From Promethearchaeota archaeon (GTDB taxonomy: Archaea; Asgardarchaeota; Thorarchaeia; Thorarchaeales; Thorarchaeaceae), in NCBI GenBank assembly GCA_014728035.1, contig WJMJ01000131.1:1-64000 (forward strand): a stretch of 64,000 nt of DNA, given 5' to 3'. Made by a program: the position numbers and the translations under genes. The notes below the pieces were generated by a model, which worked only from the letters and a program-made list of their open reading frames with translations, made no database searches and had not been told where the DNA came from. This document shows positions 56,849 to 64,000 of the stretch, piece by piece (positions within the stretch are counted from its first letter, which is position 1; each line of letters begins with the position of its first letter).

Positions 56849-59800
56849 TTATTTCGCAATTTTTAGAGTAATCTTGAATGATGCCCCACTTTCGGATCGG
56901 ATGTATTCGATTGTTCCATCATAGACCGCAAGTATCTGTTTTGCAAGATAAAGACCAAATCCGCCATCTTTAGTTGAAACTCCTTTCTCAAAAAGGCGAG
57001 GAATGATATCTGAAGACACTCCAGGACCATCATCTGACAGGAGTACTTCTATCCAATCATCAGTTTTTGTGATATTAATCTCAACAGTGGCATTTTCACC
57101 TGCATGTTGAGCTGAATTCCTTAGAAGATTTTCAAAGACCATTGGAAGAAGACGGCTTCCAAACACACGTATCTTTTTAGTACCGCGTTTTGGTTTGACT
57201 AGGACAGTCATACCAGAATGCACTTCCTCCGCATTTTTGGCAACGGATTCAATTAAAGGAATGATCCGATTCTCTGCTTCAACAGGTCTTCCAAGAACCT
57301 GCAAAAGATGACCCATTCGCTCAGCGGATGCCTTTGCGGAATCTACCATGCATAGATAAGATGTAGATTCAGGAGTTTCTAATAATTCCAATGCTTGGAT
57401 AGATGTCATTAGAACCTGCAAATCATTACTTAGGTCATGATGTAGAAGGCTTGCATATAGTTCGAGTTCTCTGTTTTGGAGAGTTCTCTCCTCAGCAATT
57501 TTCTTTTCTTCTGTGATATCTCTTACAATCGCCAGCATTCTTATCGGTTCATCATTTTCATCTAACACAAGCCAAACACGTAGACGAATAGGAATGGTTG
57601 ACCCATCCTTGCGAATGTATTCCTTTTCATATGGGTCAGAATAACCTCTACCCAGGACTTGATTCTGAACAATTTCATCCTCAAATTCTTTCCAGCGGGA
57701 CGGTGTAAATTGTTCGTAAGGAATTTCACCGAGTTCCTCTAAGGTGTATCCAACCATCTCTAAAAACGAAGAGTTAGCATCTACTACGTATCCATCTAAA
57801 TCAGTAATAGCAATTCCATCACGACTAGATTCGAATAAGCTTCTATATCGTTCCTCAGACTCCCGTAGAGCCACTTCTGCCTGAGCTCGAGCAATAAACC
57901 CACTAACCAAAGTAGAGAGCGATTCAAGTGCATTCTTAACAGCGTCTGGAAATCGCTTCAATTTGAGCGATGAAACTGTAAGAGCAGCAATCACTTCATC
58001 CTCATGCAAAAGGGGGATTATACATGAAGCATGCATTCCTCGTTCGAAGTGTGCTTCAAAAATATCATCAAATTCTTCGATATAACTTGGTTCTTTATCA
58101 GAGATGTATTGTACCATCTTAGGATGCAGTTTCTGAAGATGTGAAAGAAGTTCTTCTGGAACGCTGTGTTGTGCACGGAGTTCGTATATATTATCAGATG
58201 TTGGAAAATGAAGCAGAGCATAATCAATTCCAGGAATTCTAATTACAGCCTTCAAAATTTCATTAAATCCTCTATCAAGTCCAATTCCTGAACTAAGAAT
58301 GAAACCTAAATCTTTCTGAATTCGAAATAATGCTTCGCGCTGATGGCGTTCTGTTACATCAACAACGTACTCTATCAGACGTTTGACATCACCATTTTCA
58401 GAGAAAATCGGATGACCATGAATCTCATATACTTGTAGAAGTCCATCATCGCCAACACGTTCATGAACCACAGTGACCGGAGATTTTGTCTGCTTTATTT
58501 GTTTTATTGGACAATCCAGGCCGATTTCGAAACAAGGTTTTGATTCACCTAGAAGTTGATAGCAACAAGGTTCTTCAAATCTATCAGAATTAGTTAGCTT
58601 GTTTGCAATACTTAAGCTCAGATCTTCTGTATTCACAACGTAGAATGGAAGAGCTAAAGAGTCAATCACAGCTTTGAAGAAGTCTCGTTGATAGGCAATA
58701 AGGTCTTTCGTTTCTTTCTCTGCGGTTATGTCAATAATCACAGTTTCAATAATATCGGTATTAGGGACGATGTGAGCATTCATGAGAGCCCAGAATGTTG
58801 AACCATCCTTTCGTTTCAGAAGAACCTCATAATCAGTAGCTTTTCCAGCAAACTGGATAATTTCTGCAAATCGAAGGCGGTCTTCGGGATTAACATAAGC
58901 GTCGTAAGCAGTACTCTCTGAAAGATATGCTTCACGACTCTCATAACCAAGCATGAGGGCTAATTTTTCATTGCATTCAACAATACTTCCGTCAGCTACT
59001 CTGCTACGTACAAGACCTGCAGGAGCTTTACTGTAAAGCTCTCTATATCGCTTTTCACTTGCTCTAAGTTCCTTCTCAACCTCAGCTCTGGCAACACTCT
59101 GTCTATCTCGCTCCAACCGAGTATGAAGAATTGGAGAGATTATCTCAGCTAAAGATTCCATGAGAGCAAGATCGCTTTTTTGATAAGGTGTATTCTTATT
59201 CGCAACCGTGATGACTCCAATTAGGGACTCGCCATAAACTAGTGGTACCACAAGAGACCTTACAATAGGCACGTGGCCATCTGGGACAACATTAGGCTCA
59301 TTCTTGATGTGTGACTTCTTTGTTAGCATTGCTTCTCCCCAGATGCCTTTCCAGCTTTCTTTTGGAAAAACAAGATCTTTCTCTGGAATTTCGCATTCTT
59401 CCCAAATCTCTGAAGTCATCGAAGCAGAAACCATTGCCCCGTCTTCTCGAATATATCCAAATATTCCATATTTGCTATCAGTTGCCTCCAGTAATATATT
59501 CAGTACTGCTGCGTAGATTTTCTTGTCTGTAATTTTAAGAAAAGTTTCGGAAATTCGATTTTTCAATGATAATTCAAGTTCAGTAGCTCTCAATGTGGTT
59601 TCGATCTGCTGAATATCGGTAATATCATACCCGTAGGATATTGATCCTTTAACAGATCCATCTTCATCAAACAAAATCTTTGTTCGCCAAGTAATTAGAC
59701 GAGTTTGACCATTCTTTGTTAGGACAGGATTGTATTGTCGTGGGTTGAATTCCTTTCTAATGGAACTATCCCTTTTTTGAATCATTTTTTTGTATGAATC

Positions 59801-60034
59801 AGTGAGTTTTTCCGCTACGTCAGCAGGAAGTATTGATTCAAACCAATTCTTCCCGACCAATTCCTCCTTTGAATACCCCAACAAGTCACAGCCGGAATGG
59901 CTTATATCGAGAATTTCACCTGTTCGAGAGAGGTATACCATTATTGTGCCTTTTGAACCAATTAAATCTTCAATATCATCTGGCATAAGATGGCCTAATA
60001 TTGAGTGAGGTTCGTCCGTCCTCTTCCTAGGCAT
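56849..60034 (-). CDS. PAS/GAF sensor histidine kinase
   Basis: Multiple PAS/PAC and two GAF domains, H-box LLHHDLSNDL, ENLLRNS, DDGPG and GGFGL. Confidence 0.93.
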   Translation of the reverse strand: MPRKRTDEPHSILGHLMPDDIEDLIGSKGTIMVYLSRTGEILDISHSGCDLLGYSKEELVGKNWFESILPADVAEKLTDSYKKMIQKRDSSIRKEFNPRQYNPVLTKNGQTRLITWRTKILFDEDGSVKGSISYGYDITDIQQIETTLRATELELSLKNRISETFLKITDKKIYAAVLNILLEATDSKYGIFGYIREDGAMVSASMTSEIWEECEIPEKDLVFPKESWKGIWGEAMLTKKSHIKNEPNVVPDGHVPIVRSLVVPLVYGESLIGVITVANKNTPYQKSDLALMESLAEIISPILHTRLERDRQSVARAEVEKELRASEKRYRELYSKAPAGLVRSRVADGSIVECNEKLALMLGYESREAYLSESTAYDAYVNPEDRLRFAEIIQFAGKATDYEVLLKRKDGSTFWALMNAHIVPNTDIIETVIIDITAEKETKDLIAYQRDFFKAVIDSLALPFYVVNTEDLSLSIANKLTNSDRFEEPCCYQLLGESKPCFEIGLDCPIKQIKQTKSPVTVVHERVGDDGLLQVYEIHGHPIFSENGDVKRLIEYVVDVTERHQREALFRIQKDLGFILSSGIGLDRGFNEILKAVIRIPGIDYALLHFPTSDNIYELRAQHSVPEELLSHLQKLHPKMVQYISDKEPSYIEEFDDIFEAHFERGMHASCIIPLLHEDEVIAALTVSSLKLKRFPDAVKNALESLSTLVSGFIARAQAEVALRESEERYRSLFESSRDGIAITDLDGYVVDANSSFLEMVGYTLEELGEIPYEQFTPSRWKEFEDEIVQNQVLGRGYSDPYEKEYIRKDGSTIPIRLRVWLVLDENDEPIRMLAIVRDITEEKKIAEERTLQNRELELYASLLHHDLSNDLQVLMTSIQALELLETPESTSYLCMVDSAKASAERMGHLLQVLGRPVEAENRIIPLIESVAKNAEEVHSGMTVLVKPKRGTKKIRVFGSRLLPMVFENLLRNSAQHAGENATVEINITKTDDWIEVLLSDDGPGVSSDIIPRLFEKGVSTKDGGFGLYLAKQILAVYDGTIEYIRSESGASFKITLKIAK

Positions 60035-60210
60035 CGTAATCCACCAGAGTTAGCTGATATAATTTTCTTAACATAAAATGATTTCTAGAGTTCAACACCA
60101 GTATTATCCTTTAAGTCAGACTTCGCAATATTCAAGATATAATATAGCTGAAACTATTAAAAGATATTCGACATGTGCATTTTGTGTGCACATGCAGAGA
60201 AGAATACAGA

Positions 60211-61089
60211 CTATTGGATACCTAAAATGTCTGAAAGTGATTCTAATGATACTCGATTCAGTTCGAATCCAAGAGCTTCTTCATCTAACCCCATTGCAGC
60301 ACCTAGAATTTGTGTGATGAATAGAGCTGGCAGTTCTAATGATTCACCTTCATCGTTTTTCAACCCATATGCTTGTACATCAAACTGAGTATGGCATGCA
60401 GGACAATTAGTGACGATACAATTTGCTTGTGCTTCCTTTGCAGATTCCATTTTTTCGGTTAGAATCTCTGTTGCAACATCTTCACTTGCAATTAAAAGAG
60501 GGGATCCACAACATCGTAATTTCAAATTCCAAGCTACACTTTTTGCACCAGTCAGTTCTATTAGTTCATCAACTTTCCTTGGTAATTCTGGATCATCAAA
60601 TCCAGCAACATTGGAAGGTCTGAGAAGATGGCATCCAGGATGAAAAGCAACTCTAAGTCCATCAAGAGGATGTACTATATGTTTCTCTATCTCTTCACGA
60701 AGGTCATATAATACTTCGACAAAATGTCTTACCTTCGCCGTTCCCGTATATTCGAGGCCAATTTCTTTCAGAATATTGTTGACTTTTTCTCGTTCTTCCT
60801 CCATATCATGAAGAACATGAGCAGTATCTTTCAAAGAACCAAAGCATCCATTACAGGGAGTTACTACATCATGCCCCCGTTTTTCAGCGAGAGCAATATT
60901 TCTACCAGACATGGAAAGCCAACTAGTTTCATCAATAGATTTGAGAACAACCGTGCCACAACATGAGGCTCCTTCAAAATCAAGCAATTCGATTCCTAGT
61001 TTATCAGCAACAGCGCGCATTGAGGATTCATAATTATTGAAGCGATTGGGAATAGCACATCCAAGGAACACCTCGTAAGTATGAGTCAT
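60211..61089 (-). CDS. hdrB: Heterodisulfide reductase subunit B
   Basis: Two CCG domains: GC..CCG..CNGC and HPGCH..CCG..CPAC. Confidence 0.94.
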   Translation of the reverse strand: MTHTYEVFLGCAIPNRFNNYESSMRAVADKLGIELLDFEGASCCGTVVLKSIDETSWLSMSGRNIALAEKRGHDVVTPCNGCFGSLKDTAHVLHDMEEEREKVNNILKEIGLEYTGTAKVRHFVEVLYDLREEIEKHIVHPLDGLRVAFHPGCHLLRPSNVAGFDDPELPRKVDELIELTGAKSVAWNLKLRCCGSPLLIASEDVATEILTEKMESAKEAQANCIVTNCPACHTQFDVQAYGLKNDEGESLELPALFITQILGAAMGLDEEALGFELNRVSLESLSDILGIQ

Positions 61090-61617
61090 CTATTCACCCT
61101 CCTTAAGCTTCATCAAATTAGTAGTGTCTAGCATCTTTTGGGTCTCACTCAGATCCAATTCGGGTACATCATCAAGTTCAAGGTCTTCTCGTTCCCAGTC
61201 TGTTGGCTCATACAGACGACCTTTGTCATAAAGTGACTGCCTGGCACTAGTATACCCAGAGGGAGTGATATTTTTTTGAAAAGCCATATTTTTTAGACCG
61301 AAAATGATATCGGTAATATCAATACCTTGTGGACAACGTTCTTGGCAAGTATAGCAAGTGGTACATAACCAAACCATATCGGTCTGCAGCACATCTTCAA
61401 GACCAAAGAGAAGCATTCTCATAAGCTCATGCACTTGGATATTCACTTTGTCACTCACTGGACAACCAGCACTGCACTTTGCACACTGGAAACAAGCAGT
61501 AAGGTCTTGACCACCCAGAAGCTTTGCAACTTTCTGTGTGAACTCTGCATCAAAGGTGTTGAACACCTTTCCTTCGAACGATTTTAATTGACCCCAGGTC
61601 TCGGTCATGATATTCAC
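61090..61617 (-). CDS. hdrC: Heterodisulfide reductase subunit C
   Basis: CFQCAKCSAGCP and WLCTTCYTCQERCP. Confidence 0.94.
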   Translation of the reverse strand: MNIMTETWGQLKSFEGKVFNTFDAEFTQKVAKLLGGQDLTACFQCAKCSAGCPVSDKVNIQVHELMRMLLFGLEDVLQTDMVWLCTTCYTCQERCPQGIDITDIIFGLKNMAFQKNITPSGYTSARQSLYDKGRLYEPTDWEREDLELDDVPELDLSETQKMLDTTNLMKLKEGE

Positions 61618-62004
61618 CAGTAACCTTCGAAGCTCCTATCATGAATGAACCACTTATATCAATAGCGTCACGGCACTAAAACGGAAACAGCAAAAACAGT
61701 CACTTGAATAGGTGACTCTTCATTAGTGTCAGCATTATTCTTTACGAAGCGTTTGAAGTAATCATATATCCGTAATTCAGATAGCGGGATTAGAAATAGT
61801 ACCATAAATGAATAATAGAAAAATGAGCCACTAAATCAAATATTTAGTATATTATAGCTTCGTTATTTTAGATAGGAAATCGTATAGGATTCGAATTTCA
61901 AATGATATGGCGAGGCGTGTGTACAGTCAGCCATCTAGTACCTTGATTGTAAGCAGATCTCACTCAGGATAAATACCTCATAACTTTCTAGAGAGGTGAA
62001 ATAC

Positions 62005-62058
62005 ATGGCTAAGGACAAGAAGGGAAAAAAGGACAAGAAACCAAAACCAAAAAAATAA
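62005..62058 (+). CDS. Putative 17-aa lysine-rich micropeptide MAKDKKGKKDKKPKPKK
   Basis: Preceded by a strong archaeal SD (GAGGTGA, 61993-61999) and followed by a hairpin at 62085-62109. Confidence 0.5.
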   Translation: MAKDKKGKKDKKPKPKK

Positions 62059-62084
62059 CCTGTGAATGGTAATGGAATATAAAA

Positions 62085-62109
62085 TGGGAAGGTACAGCTT
62101 TCCTTCCCA
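62085..62109. terminator. Hairpin between the micropeptide and the convergent hdrA-mvhD
   Basis: TGGGAAGG-9nt-CCTTCCCA. Confidence 0.55.
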
Positions 62110-62130
62110 ACAGATTCAATTGGTTAATAT

Positions 62131-64000
62131 CTAGTCCTTCCTTAGGGGACTAGGCCCTAATTTCTCTGCAAGATCCGATAATTTCTTGACAGTATCAGCC
62201 CAGATTGGGCCTTCACTTGCACTAATCTGAGTGAACTGAAGACGGTCGGGTTCAAGACCTGCTTTTTCTATGATTTTCTTGGCGATTGCATATCGGCGTT
62301 CAAAGGAAACATTTCCATCCACATAATGACAGTCTCCAAAATGACAACCTGAAATCCACACCATATCTGCACCCAATCTAAAAGCTTCAAGAATGTGAGT
62401 TACGCTGACCCGTCCCGTACACATCACTCGTATATCTCGAACGGTTGTAGGTTGTTGAAATCTCGATACACCAGCACTATCCGCCCCAGCATAGCTACAC
62501 CAATTGCAAAGAATGGTAAGAATTCGTGGCTGGCTAGCGGGCATATCCTTCAACGCTGACCGCACCTGTGCAAGAATTTGGTCATCAGTGAAATGTTTCA
62601 TTGTAATTGCACCAGCTGGACACCCAGCTGCACATTTTCCACAACCTTGACAAAGAACAGGATTAGGAACAGCATAATCATGGCTTCCATCTCCAGGAAC
62701 AACTTCAATTGCATTGTATGCACAGTTTATCTCACAAGTTCCACATCCCACACAGACTTCTGGATCAACAACAGAAACAATTGCTTCGGCTCTTCGTATA
62801 CCCCTTGCAAGAGGAATTAGAGCTCTTGCAGCAGCTCCTCGTCCTTGAGCAATCGCCTCATCAATTCCTTTGGGAGCGGTAGCTGTTCCTGCAACATAGA
62901 CCCCATCAGTTTGGAAATCAACAGGACGTAGTTTAGGATGAGCTTCCATAAAGAATCCCGACATGTTAAGTGGAACTTTGAATAATTCAGATAATTCTTT
63001 GTTCTTATCTCGAGGAATCATAGCAGTTGCAAGAACAACATGGTCTACATCCAGATTCAACTGAGCACCAAGAATTTGATCCTCCACTTCAATGTGAACA
63101 GCCTTATCTTTCCCTTTCTTAACCACTGGAGGAGTATCACCATCAAAACGAATGAATACGATTCCCCTCTTTCGCGCCTCACGGTATTTATCCTCAACTG
63201 CATAGGGTACACGAAGATCCCGGTAGAGATGAAATATTCGTGAATTAGGATACTTCTCAAGAAGTTCTAGTGAATGCCCGATAGCTACTGAGCAGCAGAT
63301 TCCTGAACACCATGTCCGAGAACCTTCGAGGGATTCTTTCTCACGAGAGCCAGCACAATGAATGACAGCGAAAGTTTCACCATCTTTGATGTCGTCGCCT
63401 GTTGCAACTCGATTATTAAGTTCGACTTCAGTCATAACCTCTGGAATCTTCTTGAGGCCATACAGACCTTCCTCTTCTAGCTGAGTAGCTCCAGTTGCAA
63501 CAATTACAACTCCAACTTTCAATTCATGCTTTTCTTTTCCGGTTTCTACAACAATATCAAAGTCACCAATAGAACCCTTTGCCTCAACCACTTCAGAGGA
63601 GAGATATAGCTCGATGTTCTCATTTTTCTTTATCAGCTCATCATACTGATTTATTATTTCTGAGGTTGAACGAAAGTCAAAATTGACTGTATGTAAGTCA
63701 TTCAATAATCCGCCAATTTGGTCTTCTTTCTCAACTAGATGGACTTTGTATCCTTTATCAGCAATAAGATTAGCAGCAGTCATTCCTGAGACTCCAGCTC
63801 CAATGACAAGAACAGCTGGTTCAATCTCCGTCACAGCTTCTTCTTGAGGTTCTAATAACCGTGAACGTGCAACAGCCATTCGTACAAGATCCATAGCCTT
63901 GGAAGTTGCCTCGTCTTTAGCACCCTGATGTACCCACGAACAATGCTCACGGATGTTTGCCATCTCAAATAGATACTTGTTTAATCCAGCTTCCTCAATA
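62131..64000 (-). CDS. hdrA: HdrA-MvhD fusion protein (5'-partial, continues beyond the window)
   Basis: The frame is open to the window edge (IEEAGLNKYLFEMANIREHCSWVH). It contains GAGVSG, CAGSR..CSGICC, EAHPKLRP, two ferredoxin motifs, then MvhD motifs CNWCSYAGAD..VMCTGRV..GCHFGDCHY. Confidence 0.93.
   Translation of the reverse strand, partial: IEEAGLNKYLFEMANIREHCSWVHQGAKDEATSKAMDLVRMAVARSRLLEPQEEAVTEIEPAVLVIGAGVSGMTAANLIADKGYKVHLVEKEDQIGGLLNDLHTVNFDFRSTSEIINQYDELIKKNENIELYLSSEVVEAKGSIGDFDIVVETGKEKHELKVGVVIVATGATQLEEEGLYGLKKIPEVMTEVELNNRVATGDDIKDGETFAVIHCAGSREKESLEGSRTWCSGICCSVAIGHSLELLEKYPNSRIFHLYRDLRVPYAVEDKYREARKRGIVFIRFDGDTPPVVKKGKDKAVHIEVEDQILGAQLNLDVDHVVLATAMIPRDKNKELSELFKVPLNMSGFFMEAHPKLRPVDFQTDGVYVAGTATAPKGIDEAIAQGRGAAARALIPLARGIRRAEAIVSVVDPEVCVGCGTCEINCAYNAIEVVPGDGSHDYAVPNPVLCQGCGKCAAGCPAGAITMKHFTDDQILAQVRSALKDMPASQPRILTILCNWCSYAGADSAGVSRFQQPTTVRDIRVMCTGRVSVTHILEAFRLGADMVWISGCHFGDCHYVDGNVSFERRYAIAKKIIEKAGLEPDRLQFTQISASEGPIWADTVKKLSDLAEKLGPSPLRKD

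Noticed and set aside
53170-64000. Selenocysteine in HdrA, MvhD or hydrogenase genes
   Set aside because: All these ORFs are uninterrupted, with Cys at the relevant motifs and no in-frame TGA.
1-64000. tRNA, rRNA, IS elements or integrase
   Set aside because: No cloverleaf, rRNA-like segment, transposase or recombinase motif was recognised by eye; a covariance-model scan was not possible.

Overview
Chromosomal segment of an Asgard archaeon, most likely Thorarchaeota-like. This is inferred from a lokiactin-type actin, the archaeal exosome/proteasome superoperon, KEOPS subunits and Hdr/group 3b hydrogenase genes. Most of the window is housekeeping and metabolism: histidine utilisation (hutH/U/I), t6A/KEOPS genes, a class II photolyase, ECF and Zn/Mn ABC transporters, proteasome alpha-SBDS-Rrp4/41/42-L37Ae-Brix-Pcc1-prefoldin, AOR, a sulfhydrogenase operon, HdrA/B/C, an HdrA-MvhD fusion and a PAS/GAF kinase. 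The standout signal is at the left end. The actin gene (- strand) is interrupted 21 codons before its end by a 30-nt insertion (1052-1081) that creates an in-frame stop. The insertion folds into an archaeal bulge-helix-bulge (BHB) splicing motif, and cutting at the canonical positions restores ...[24 protein letters not shown]. This is a candidate tRNA-type pre-mRNA intron in an Asgard actin gene. A diverged copy of the actin 3' end plus its terminator (about 111-232) brackets a DUF433/DUF5615 toxin-antitoxin cassette, which suggests the actin 3' end serves as an integration site. Divergent from actin is a wHTH-CARF-like regulator plus a Mini-RNase III-like gene. All family calls come from recognising motifs by eye; no searches were run.
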